A stretch of 64,000 bases of DNA from Tubulanus polymorphus. Its lineage: Eukaryota > Animalia > Nemertea. Shown piece after piece: positions 27,891 through 40,500 of the stretch; within the stretch, counting starts at the first letter, position 1, and the number at the start of each line of letters is the position of its first letter. The stretch spans positions 18,312,210 to 18,376,209 of the forward strand of contig NC_134030.1 in NCBI RefSeq assembly GCF_964204645.1. Direction: 5' to 3'. Below the pieces are notes generated by a model, which saw only the letters and a program-made list of their open reading frames with translations, was not told the DNA's origin and did no database searches. Made by a program: the position numbers and the translations under genes.

Positions 27891-28756
27891 TTCACAATAG
27901 CGGTCCTCTTAATTGGTGACACTCAAAGAACGCGCGGCTCAGATTTCTATTGTGCGCCTATCGCGCGCTGCGCGTGAATCACTTACGTAATCTTTTCTGT
28001 AAATGTGAAGACCTCGGGGGCATTATGTTCTCTAAAGCCCAATATTATCCCAAATTCCGGAGTGTTAATAGGTTGATTTTACGTCAGAGTCGACATGTTT
28101 CAACAATTTTTAACTGTTCATTTATGAATATTTGAGGACTTATGAACTAAAAATTAGTTAAATTTTTGATAGATTTTGAGAAAGTCACAAAACAGTTGAG
28201 ACTGCGTTTATTTTCTTCTACCTAACACAACTACAGTTAACAGCCATTTTAATTCAAAATATCAGATAATCGATTATTTATTAATCGAAATTTATAATTG
28301 ATAAATAATTCCAATAAACGTAAAAGATTTTAGAGCATGTAGTTTTAGCGAACTCGGATTTTTCTGAATTAAAATTTGAAAACTTTATTATTTTTAAATC
28401 AATTGAGATGATAACTAATTCAAATCAAATAATTATTAAATCAAATTGAGTGTTTTGAATAACTTAACTTTTAATATTGTATGAATAATTTAAAGAATAA
28501 TTAACTTAAATCAAACTAACTGCAGGCCTTGTAATATCGCAGCAATATTGTTCATGACTTCATGAAAGGAACTATCGCCTATAGGGCTGCTACGATGTGC
28601 TCAGAAAGGTCCGACACTTTTATTCATCAAACGTTTTTACTTTTCGCTTCCTCCGTTTGCACGCGGATATATTAAACATTATCATCTAAATAATCTGTTA
28701 AACTTCCTCAACCAGAGTGAGTGTTTTAGATGTGAATCAATCCTTTCGATATCACG

Positions 28757-31700
28757 ATGACGAAGACAAGTTTGTTCTTAATAATCTGCACAGTTTTACT
28801 ATTGGGAAACTTATACATAGCACAAACATCTGGAGCTAATACGAATGAAATAAGTAAGTTACTGCGACCGTTACCACTCGTCCTAGTAATTATATTTCTG
28901 TCAGATTTGCAAATTCGGTCGATGACGTCAGATTCAGTGCAGTAGATGATAGATTTACTACAGGCCCTTTCACATTTTATTGACAACAGATCAGGGGCTA
29001 ATTCTATAGACTGGTATTAAATTTAACTCGGGGTTCAATTCCAATTCATTTTCAATTAAGTTAACCCAGGGGTTTAAGTTAATACCAGTCTATAAAGCCG
29101 GGCCCTGGGGCCAGTTGCACAGTCATGACTTAAGTCCAAAAGTGGTCTTAAATCTTAAGACTGGTCTTTAGTTGTTAGATTAGCTATAGAACGAAGTTGG
29201 TCTTAGACTGGTCTTAAGTCTAAGCCATGACTATGCAACTGGCCCCTGGAGATTTACAAAGTATTCGAGTCTGTCTGTCATACTTTATTTCACATGAAGT
29301 ATGTATATCTTGATGTCTGGTTGAATAAACACGAGTCTTCTAGCTCGAATCGATCACATTAATTGCTTTCCGGTTAATTACTTAATTAATTACCAGTGAC
29401 TTTTCGGAAATGAATCCGAAACGGTTAAAATTTGCAATACATACATATATATGTATTTTTTCAGTAATTCATTCGATGCCTGTCCCTGATCCTGATGGAG
29501 GACCCGACATTAAAAACGAAGAGGAGATGATTGAATATACTTGTATAACAACAAGTGTCGGAAATTCTTCTACTGTTATATTCCAACAGAAGAGAAGAGG
29601 TTCTGAACAATGGAAAACAATTCCAGACGAAAAGCTTAACAGAACTCAAGACCTAAAGAATATTAATTCCGTTAAGCTAGAATTCAAAGCTGATTTCACA
29701 CTGCACAATGGAACAACATTTAGATGTCTAATAAAGGAAAACCAAACAGATCCAGAACCTATTCAATTTGATCTAATCGTAGTTCATCGAACTGGTAAGT
29801 AACAGTTTGTGTAGCTTATTGAAATAGTAAAAGAATTTAGAACATTAACTTGCGTTCTCGATTTTCCTAAAAATATCATAGAGTCGAATTGCGCTGATAA
29901 AATGTCTAATGTCTGGTGTTTGTAGTTCATTTTCAATGAAAAATGTCTCAGATGAAGCACTGAACACACGTGAAGTGTGGACCACCATTTTTGAAAGTAT
30001 TCTGATAAAATGTCTAATGTCTGGTGTTTGTGGTTTATTTTCAATTAGAAATGTCTCAGGTAAACCATTGAACACATGTGAAGTGTGGACGATCAGTTTT
30101 TGAAAGTGTGCTGATAAAATGTCTAACATCTGGTGTTTGTAGTTCATTTTCAATTAATGTGTGAAGTTTTGAAGTTGTGATATGCATATCAGTAGGTTAT
30201 TTAAAAAAGGTAAACCAATTCAGATACATTTCTAATGCATTCTTGAATTTATAAAAATATCCTCAAATTGGCGACCCTACGATTCAATGTCAAATTAATA
30301 TCTCTGTTTAACGGATGATTATAGCCGGTTTAATTTGGTGTAGCTTCCTCCTTGATATGAGTATTTATTTATACATCTATCTATTCCATCTCGGTACAAA
30401 AAAATATCTTGTGTCAACTATTTTACAAAGATATCTTGTGTAAACAAATTGCCCTCTCAATTTCAAGGTCGTTGGTTTTTGATTCGGTATATTTGATACG
30501 CTGGTAACATGCCGGTCGATATAATGCTTCATTCATCACCAATCTCATCTTTTATTTATCTTTCTTCTATTTCTGTTGTTTATTCAAAATTATGCAATTT
30601 AAAAATTGGCTACTTTGCATGCATTCTCCATACGTTATTAGATAACCACCAATCAAGACGAAATGAAGTGGAATATCTAAATTCAATTTACGTAGCAAAA
30701 TGAGAAGATCTCGCGCAATGGCCGAGTAGTTTAAGCCGCCAGTTGCTGGTCTCGTTAATCCAGGGTTTGAACCCTCAAACCCTGGTGGCGACAGAGTTTC
30801 TTGGTCGAAGGTTCGTCTCTGGTCCCCTCTCCCCCAATTGGGAAAAAGAAACATCGAACCCGCTAATAATGCCCTGCGTGGCGCCTAGCGGGCTGTTGGT
30901 GTAAAAAAACTGTATTTCTTACTGGGTATGCAGGAAGTATTGCGATAATTTTCATTCATTGTCTCAATGTTTCATTCATTCATTCAATTCTCATCGACAG
31001 TTCTGTGCGTTACTTTTCATTTTTTGTTGTTGTTTATTTCATGGAAATAGTTTTTAACCCTCCGGTTCGCAGATCAGATATTTTGAATTTAGAATCAGGA
31101 AATTTCTTGACACATTTATCGAACAGGTGATGGAGTAATCCCGAAATCGATTTGTGTCTTGTTATGTCAATTTAGAAATCGCTACCGAAAATTTTACTGT
31201 AGTTTTTGTCGTATAAAAATGTTTTCCGCTTGAACCAGTCAACAACACAAATTTCTTTCTAGTTCCGTGATAATATCACATATTACACGGATAAATTCGT
31301 AGATATATTATATCTATGAATTTATCTCTGAATATTCCAAAATTTTGCACTATATCTACTATCGAAAGTCCATTTCAAGAATGTTTAGCTTCCTCATTGC
31401 CCCATTCATGAATCACAAATTCAGAGGTATAGATGATTTAATTTGTGGATGTAGACAATTGCGACATAATAAAACGTGGTGGTTAATATGTATTCAAAAA
31501 TGTCCGAAATGATTAAATAGATTCATTTTCGGAAAAAATTACGCTTGTGATGAATTTTTTTTTGTGTGAAATATTGCCGCTTTAATTTCGCTTTTAAGGG
31601 GTCGGGGCCCAGTTACAAAAAGATGTTTAACTCTTAAATCGATTTGATTTCTTCATCAATTCAGTTTATCTAAAACCGAGTTAGGCCGTTTTTGTTAAAC

Positions 31701-33937
31701 TGGAGTATAAGTGGATCTTCTTCAGTCTTTAACTTTCAGCTAAAACACAATTTTGCACGCGTCAGTAAAATCCAACCAAACAGTTATGCAAATAACATCA
31801 CGTGACTAGCGACAAGTCTACTAGTCACGTGATGCTGCGGCTTCTTAACATTGCGGATTTTCTAAATGGTGCGGCCTTTAACTTTCAGCTAGAACACAAT
31901 TTTGTGCGCGTCAGGTAAATCCAACCACAAACAGTGAAAGTTACGTTCTGTATGTAGTTTCCTTGTCTCATTTCAGATCGACGTTCAGGTTTGAATCAAA
32001 TCCCAACGACTGAAATCACTACATCAAGGTCAGTATCTTTTTCACTTAGCGCACTATCGAATCAATTCCATCAATACGAAACGATCTACGGGTTAAGGAA
32101 CAACGGCTGATACTAAACTAAACTATCACATGTAAATCATTTCTTTGTGATCGATGTGTTTTTTTTTTGGATTAAATATTACTTTGATTTTATATCTCGC
32201 TTGTCTCATTGGTTTCCGATTTAGAATACCGGACCCGTTTTCACAGTTCAGGGCTGGATTTGAGTAAAACATTAAAAACATTGATATTTAACTAAATCCA
32301 ACTCAGGATCGGGTCCTAGTTGGTGTAAAATGAGGAGGTCAATGAACAATAATAAAAACGCGATGTCATTTTCCACAATCTGCGGAAAAGGTAACAGCAA
32401 GGACAATCGCAAAATGCTTAACCTCGATGCAGCTACCACCAGCCCTGCCTTTTCATTTCTGTTCTGCTGATTTATTTTAATTGTAAATTGCATCATTTTT
32501 ATTCAGAGTTCGCCTGGTGACTGCTGTTGGCTCGAAAATTTACAAGGTCATTATGAAATTAAGTAATAATCGAAATTTCATGTGAAATGTAGACCCCGGA
32601 TCCCAGACACAGAGTCGAATTAAATCCACTTAACTGTGAACCTTGATTTGGGGTAAAACGAAATACACTCTATAATTATTCAAACCGAATGATTATTTGC
32701 AGCTTCTGTAGAATTTGTAGTATACGGTTTGATTCTATTCTGTTCTAGTTTATACCCGCGAATTGTATCCAGCATATTCTACATCCTTCGAGTTTTCGTT
32801 TTTTATATCTCAGACTGGCCACATCGATCAGACTGTCCTGGACGACAATGACCGGACCACATCTGACCGGACCACATCTGACTGGACCATGATGATAGTT
32901 TCCATCGCTTGTGGAATTCTCGGTTTCCTCCTCTTCATCGTTATTATCGTTGTCATCATCATCGTCATCGTCATTTTAAGGTATGTAGGCCTAGTGAATA
33001 AACACGGCAGATGATTTCAGCAGGGATTATAACTGATTGAGCCATCCTCGCTTGCCCTTTATTGGTCTATTACCTTCAACAGGTTCCCGTTCAGCGCCCA
33101 CCAGTCTATTTCACGTTCAATGTCAAAGTAGATTGTGGAGCTCGATCGCTGATGATAAGCGGTCGCCATTAGTTCAAAATCAAAACGGTGACGTCATATG
33201 TAAATTTCTATCGTCATAACAAAAACCACGTGTGCGTGTCTACTCCCTTTTCGGTTAAGACACGAAACATCATGATATTGTGGACCTTCCCGGCAAAATG
33301 GCTAGTCACCGAAAAACTACTAGTAGTAAAACTTCTTTTTTCCCGTCCGGGTTTATGCGGAGTTAAGAAGGGTTTCTGAAATGGGTTATTTCAACATATC
33401 TTTCTTCGAAATCAATTGATTTCATCAGCGCAAAATTATCCATTTTTCAGACGCAGGGTACTTTTTGGTGAAGGTCGTGTGGACACTACAACACCCCAGC
33501 GGCAAACCGAGATGGTTTATGAAGTATATGACGAGTTGTATGATGACATTGATTCTGTTACTGAGACTGACAAACTGCACACCAGCGATCAGAAAGTTAC
33601 TACAGATCCGTACGCGAATATCGAGGCAGGGAACGGCAAAGATACAGCTCGGTACATGGATATGACAGCCAGGAAGGGTAAAGACACAACTTCATATATA
33701 AATATGGAAGCCGGGAAGGGTAAAGATCCAACTCCTTACTTGGACATAGAAGACGGAGACACTGATACAACTCCTTACATGGATATGGAAGCCGGAAAGG
33801 GCAAAGATACACTAGCTCGTTGCATTGATATGGAAGCCGGGGAAGATACAGATCGGTATATGAATCTCCAAACGGAAGATACTGATGAACCTGTGAAACA
33901 TGATAATCAACTTTATTCTAATGCTACTGTTGAATAA
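28757..33937 (+). CDS. Gene A: single-Ig type-I membrane receptor with tandem tyrosine-motif tail (~380 aa)
   Basis: Exons 28757-28853 (signal peptide MTKTSLFLIICTVLLLG), 29465-29794 (Ig: YTC..W..FRC), 31977-32028, probable micro-exon 32507-32516 (needed for phase), 32814-32980 (TM MMIVSIACGILGFLLFIVIIVVIIIVIVIL), 33451-33937 (RRR stop-transfer, Tyr repeats). AATAAA overlaps the stop. Confidence 0.8.
28993..29245. mobile_element. Two abutting palindromic Harbinger-type MITEs
   Basis: 29108-29245 has TIR gggccagttgca/tgcaactggccc with CTG TSD; ~28993-29105 is a second foldback (tatagactggtattaa/ttaataccagtctata). Confidence 0.6.
29893..30152. repeat. ~109-bp tandem repeat (~2.4 copies) in a gene A intron
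   Basis: ctgataaaatgtctaa at 29893, 30002 and 30111. Confidence 0.85.
30711..30910 (+). mobile_element. tRNA-derived SINE-like element
   Basis: A-box-like TGGCCGAGTAGTT (~30718), B-box-like GGTTTGAACCC (~30764), A-rich end. Confidence 0.5.
33600..33870 (+). repeat. Coding ~42-bp (13-15 aa) tandem repeat x7, consensus D-T-x-x-Y-M-D-M-E-A-G-K-G-K
   Basis: YANI, YMDM, YINM, YLDI, YMDM, CIDM, YMNL in ORF 33416-33937. Confidence 0.9.
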
Positions 33938-34007
33938 ACTTGCGATAAAGTTCCGTTTGTGGGCACCACTGATCAAACAACTGCTGATACAAAACATACT
34001 AGGTTTT

Positions 34008-34229
34008 AGGCTAAACAAAAATGATACCTTGTTTCTCCGCAGCGGCTGGGTCATTTTTGTAAAATATGATAAAATTTGTAAACAGTTCACTTCTATAGCG
34101 GCCGGGTCTGTTATGGTAAAATTGATCACGATTTAAAAAAAAGTAATGTATAGGGTAGATAGGCGGCTGGCCGGGTCAACATTTAAGCTCAGCAGAGCGG
34201 AGAAACAAGGTATCAATTTTTTTTAGCCT
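34008..34229. mobile_element. MITE-like inverted repeat downstream of gene A
   Basis: aggctaaa..gataccttgtttctccgc / gcggagaaacaaggtatc..tttagcct; partial third copy at ~34400. Confidence 0.55.
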
Positions 34230-36599
34230 TATCATCATTATAATGGTTATGACGATTGCAAACCGAAGAACACTTAATCTACTGCAATAATAATTCATTC
34301 CACTTTTGGCAAATGTTGATCCACCAGGTGTCATTAGTGTGGAGTGCAGCAGATCCGTCCACGTCACTGTATCACGTTACTGACCCGTGCTGTCCTCATA
34401 AGGCCAAAAAGACCTTGTTTCTCATTTTCGGTCGGGTGCAATAATCTTAGACACCCGGTAAAATAAAAACTGAATGCTGGAAATTAATTCTCGGTTCATA
34501 GAAAATTAGATAAAAAAACGTTCGGTGGGTGTCGGAATGTCTTCTTGTCGTTGTTTTTTTAGGTTTGGGCTTACCAGTACTAGGAGCCACTAGTTACAAA
34601 GTTAAAATGTTATTTCGTCATAATTCGTTTGACAAAATATATTAAATATGGTGTTGTTGTGTGCAGGCACCCGAGATCTGTCTGCCTTGGTCCTTCGTGT
34701 CAATCAATCAATACATTCAAGAAAGTGTTGAAGAATGTAAAAGACATTTTGACAATGTTTTCATTCAGTGGGAGTAAATAATGTATAGTTATTTCTCTGG
34801 GTCTGGTGTGAGTGAACCCGCAAACCCCGTTAATAGTAACGGCTGGGTAGCTTTAGCTTTAAAAAACAAAGAAGGGTTGCTTCCAGATATTTTGACTGGA
34901 AATGCTGCCTGCCTGGTCAATATGATTGTGAAAATGAGAAACGTATCATTTTTTCGGCCTTATTCAATCTTTACGTGGGTCCCCATCACCAGAATAATTC
35001 GATAATATTTAGCAAATGTATATTTTGGTCGCATTTTAATCAAACTGTAATTTAGAAATACCAAAAGTTTATCTGCAGAAATTAACCTTTTGAATTGTGT
35101 CAACTTAAATGAGTAAGCACTAACTTGTAGGTTAACTAGTTTTTTGGTTTTTTTTGTAAGTATAACAATCGATGAAATCTCGTACTGATTATTTTGAGAT
35201 AAGGATTTAGAAATAGATGAAATAGGATTCTTAAATTTAGGATAGTTTGTAAATAGATTTGTATTTAGGTATGCTGGAAAAACGCCGTTAACATCACAGT
35301 CGGCACTAGATTATGAAAAGATCGTTAAATTTAATTAGTAAGCATGAATTCAAAAAGTCGTACATTCTTTTTTGTACGTAAGTACTCGTGAGCATTCGGT
35401 GATAATGTTTCGGTTTGGTAATGTTATGAGACAAGGATTACTTTTAGAATAGATAAGATAGAATTCTTAACTTAAGGATATTTTGTAGATAGATATAATC
35501 ATAACATAGTTTAGGTATACTTACGTAGTGCTGTCCTAGTGGGGGTATAGAGAGTATGGCGGTATATCGGTGGTGTTTTACTATGTATTTGTATAGAAAT
35601 GTACATTGGGAATACCTGTCGGTAGGCGGGGGTGGCGCTATATGGGAGGGTGGTATATTGGGGGTTGACTGTATTTTCAAAATAGAATAAACCAATAAGA
35701 TAATCTTATGTAATGTCCTAAATCATTTAGTTAAGGACACATCGTGGTAGATGTAAATATAAGCGACTTTTTTGGAGATCAGCATTTCATATTCGAGAGA
35801 CAAGTAAAAGAACAGCATATAACGATAATCTGTAACTTGTTGGCCTCATTTTGTGATTTAGGATTCCCAGATGAAAATATTTCATTATATGATTTTTATT
35901 AATCTCAAAAATTATTATCATTTTCATGTTTCGTATGTATTTATATTTAATCATTCATTTTATTTTGTATCTTCTTGTCGCAAACTGAAGATGTTTTTTA
36001 TTACTCAAGTGAGCATCGACTCAGTGTTTGTTCCTGTTTTTACAATAATTTGACATCTGTTTCTGTACAGTACTAGTAATGTCTTGCAGACATGTCATGA
36101 ACGTGTCTAGTTTATGAAAGATATACATTAATGTTCCAAGGTTTTCTAAGGAGTCAGAGTTAGATTTTCATCTTGTATGGATCCTTTCTGTAAATTGGAA
36201 TTCACATACCAATATTTGAAAAACACCAAGATTTTGTTCACCTTGATGAATTGGCTAGTTGAAATAAACTACGGTTCGTAGCGTAATCATCGGAGCTTTG
36301 TCGTCTAATTTATCGAGGACATGGAGCTGGAAGAAATCAAGCTAGTTCCCAACTGACAACCTACGGAAATTCAAAAATGGACTTCCCATAGAAGCCTAAC
36401 CCATTAGATTCCTGATAAGAAAATATAAAAGTGACGTCAGTTTGAGAAAAGTCGATAGACAATTGTGGTGTGTTGTGAAAGTAAAGTAAGGCAACACTCT
36501 GACTGAAATCCAACACAATGTGTCATCTAATCAGCAGTCTCTTTGTTTTCACACACAAAAAGTGATATACCGAGATCTCCGATTGGGCAGAGATGACGG

Positions 36600-36738
36600 C
36601 ATTGCGCCACACCACGTGATTTTTATTATTCATGACATCACAGTTGCGCAGGCGCACTCTGACGAAATATTGTTTCGGAAGAGTTGACGCCTGGCGCAGC
36701 TAACGACGTAGCGAGAGAAAGTGAAAGAAACCAACAAG
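36600..36738 (+). promoter_or_regulatory. Probable promoter and non-coding first exon of gene B
   Basis: CpG-richer patch with NRF1-like TGCGCAGGCGCA (~36644), CACGTG and CGGAAG; donor AAG|GTACT at 36738; acceptor before the ATG exon at ~37549. Confidence 0.35.
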
Positions 36739-37143
36739 GTACTTTTTGTTAACGAAAAATGGTAATAAAGCTGATAAATTTCTGTTGATTTTTGTAGGCC
36801 TACAATTAGGCGATATTCATCACCGATAGAAATCAGGCCTAAAAAGGTGCCCTGACGACGTGGCGTGTGCGTATCACCTTGAGAGTTGACCTTGTCCCGC
36901 CTTAAATAGAATGCCTTCTTAATATTTTTTGGTGTATTTAGTTGTTCAGTGTGTTAAAGGACGAAATTACTATTACTAAATCCTTGTTACACCTGAAGAG
37001 AGATCATAGGTCTATTTCACTCGTTCGTATTTTGATGCACAGAATCAGTAACCATGATACACTTTTATTAATGCACCCTTTTGGGTCGAGAACACTATGT
37101 ACAAAGAAGTACATGACGTATTTACATATGTTTCAAATTTTTC

Positions 37144-37277
37144 AATAATAACAATAATAATGCGTATTTAGAAATACCCTTGTTTCTCATCAGCTCTTTG
37201 TTTCTCATCAGCTCTTTTTTGAATAAGTGACAAGGGGCAGGATTTTAATTTTATCTCCCTTTTTACCTCCCTTAGTA
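37144..37277. repeat. Dispersed ~120-bp repeat, second copy at 40446-40557
   Basis: aataataatgcgtatttagaaata..gcaggattttaattttatctccctttttacctcccttagtag in both places. Confidence 0.75.
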
Positions 37278-37570
37278 GAAAGATTGCGCGAGTATTTGTT
37301 CAAAGAACACTAAATTGTGTATAGTTAAATCATATCTTAAATAAGGTTCGTTATATTAAGGTGACTAATATTGATTGGCGGATAATAGAAACTACTCTAC
37401 AAGAAAGAATGATATAACATATAAGATAACATGTATTTAGGGAATAGATTACGTAAAATGAAAACAACCGATAAAAACTGGTTGTTGAACTTTAGATAGT
37501 AATAAAGTATTTTCATATATTAATTCTGGGCCGTTTTCATTTACTCTAGTCTAAAGGTAACGCATTGAAG

Positions 37571-40500
37571 ATGAAGAACTGGATCTGGTTGGTAATCGAT
37601 GTAATTCTACTGCTGACAATCTCGTTCCATTCAGAAGCTGTATCGGTACGAAATAAGAGAAATACTGGTGAGTTAAAATGATGAACTACTTTTAAACTGC
37701 AGCGTCCGGTCCGTATATTGTGTATTTGATATTTCAGCACCTGATGGAGTTGTACTGGACAGTGTGAATGTATTACCGGGTAAAAGAATATTACGTATAT
37801 TGTGTATTTGATATTTCAGCACCTGATGGAGTTGTACTGGACAGTGTGAATGTATTACCGGGTACACGTGTATTACTGTCGAAGGAAGGTAAAACTGTTA
37901 GTATTACCTGTAAACAGAGCAGCTCTACAGCGACTGGTGTAGAATTCCAGCTACAAGTGAACAGTGGAGCAGGAGGCACCTGGACTCCAATACCTACAGC
38001 ATCATCAACAGTTTGGGTTTTTGAACTGGAGGCTGGAAAACAGTATAAATGTGTAGCCATTAATTCAGCAGGAACGAAAGAAAGTGAAATCTACAAATCA
38101 GATGTAATTAGTGAGTATTGGCGGAAACTCGATTGTTCTCGTAAATAAAATGGTCATGTGATAATCTATTTTTTTCTTCAAAATACAACTGAACCATCGC
38201 GCAAAGAAAAAATATAGAAATAAATTACTGGCTTCGGTGACAGTTACCACTATCCTTCAAATACATCCACTGCTTAAATTATTCCATGCGTATGATAATT
38301 CAAATGGCCCCTCACGCATGGGCAGTCCACACTGCTAGAGTTACAGCCTCTAGGCTTCTTGGGCTGTCCATCATAGACTATAATTATAATTTGGTTATTG
38401 TATTAGAGTGTTAAAATCTTGTAATGTACATACATAAATGCTTAGTTTCGTACTTGTATTTTATATAGTTCTATGAAAATAAATCAATAATTAGTTAAAA
38501 ATAACTTTGGATGCGAGTAGGCCTAACCTTCCGGTGCATTCAATTCAGCATTAATCGATTCAAACTGAAGGAAATAGGAAAACTTAAGATTTGTTTTATA
38601 TCATTCTCATTATAGGTATAAAGATAAATGAAAACCCGTGTAAACTGCATGAATTCCAATCGCTGGCTTGTACTTGTGAAGCCACTAGTAAGATCGGTAA
38701 TCCAAACATCAAAGTAAAATGGTACGCTGATGGATTTACTGAAGGATCAACAGAAATTGTAAAAATATATGATCAAGGCGTAAATACTCCGGTGAAAGAT
38801 GGAGTTATCAACAGGAATCAGATGCGGTTTAATCTAATGATGCATGCAACATTGATTCAATGTAAATTGAGTAGATACAATGGTTTAATACTACCGAGAC
38901 CACTTCAAAATCAAATATTTTATGAAACAAAAATGGACGTTACGTGTAAGTTAAAAAATATTATTTTTTTTATCGTTCGTCTTTCGTGTAGTTTGAGCAA
39001 TTTGTTGAAACCACAGTTAGAGATTTAGGAGTTACTTGGATAACACTTTTACAATGATTTCATATCCTTTCGTTTTGATATTTCATGTAAGAAACTCGCA
39101 ATGAGTATTTATGCATGTGTTTATTTGCTATGTCAAATCTAACCTTCTAGAAACAGATTATATCTATAGAGTTTGATGCAGGGACGGATTCATCCCCAAA
39201 ATACGGTATAAATCCCTTTCAGCGCGTCTACACCGCAATGCAGTGTATAAATCGGTGATGGATTTTGCTAGTACACCGCACTGTGGTGTATTGATGTCAT
39301 TAGTAATTAGTAATTATCTCTTGAATATGGCAGCACCTGACAAATATAGTGAAATATCAGTAACTAACGATACATCGCGCTACTGTGTAGACGCACTATG
39401 TGGTATTCCCGTTATTCAACACACTAGGGTGGAATTTTTCAAAATGTTCAAAATATCTCCAGCACTATAGGGGATTAATTAGTCAGCACTGAAAGGGAAG
39501 GGCAAAACTAATCAGAAAACATAAACTCACTTATGGAAATAAAGAAAATAAGCTTATGAATTTTTAAACTTTTCAAGGTATCTGTTTAATTTTTGGTTTA
39601 CCTATGCTGTCACTTTTGAGCGGGTGCGTCCGCGTTTTGGTGGTACTTTTGTTTATGCCAGTAGTGGTGCCGATTTGTATGAGCAAAAACGGTTCATGAC
39701 ATGAGCGCCTAGCAGCATGCAAAGAACCGGATTCGTAGCTTTCGATTCCTCAAAGATTTCTGCCGAAAACGATATTTTTGACGGCAGATTTTTCAGATCC
39801 TCGGTTTTATGGCATAAACATCCGATGACCTACATCTATGACGTTTTGACGTAGATTCCTCATTTACGGGGTTCCCTATGCATCGCAACAACCAATCAGA
39901 TCTACGCGCACCTGCTACGGAGTCCCGTCGATACTCTATTTAGTAACACATTTTCTTTGCCAAACTTGTATTCTAAATCTATATTGTATGAATAGAAATA
40001 TCAATTTGAAAACATCTTGCTTTCTAAAATTGATATTTGGTGCACCAGGGCTTATTTTGGTGACTAAAACGTGCGTATGAATATGCCGATGAATTTTACG
40101 CAATACTTATTTGCATATAGAAAACACCGACAGGGGAACTAGTATTGTTTAGGATATATATAAACGTCATTGTGTGTGTTAAACCACTGCTAGTCCTCAG
40201 CGATCCCGTCGATGAACACGCATCTTGGTGGATATAAAAGAGCGATTTGCTTACATATCATCATGACGGTTTCCTCACCGCATCGTCACGGCTGCGGTAC
40301 GACCAACTCGGTTTTAGCTTACTGGCGGGTTTCACGGTGAAGAGTAACGGCGGCTCTGCCGTGGTTTCGTGACTCTGTTCATCTATTTGACTGGGACTGA
40401 ATTTACTCGTAGGGGCACACGACTCAATCGCCCGGTTTGCCCGCATAACAATAATAATGCGTATTTAGAAATATCCTCGTTTCTCATCAGCTCATTTTTG

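Noticed and set aside
30711-30790. tRNA gene (also B-box motifs at ~15700, 41600, 45110, 49470)
   Set aside because: No complete cloverleaf; the motifs sit in SINE-like or tandem/transposon repeats.
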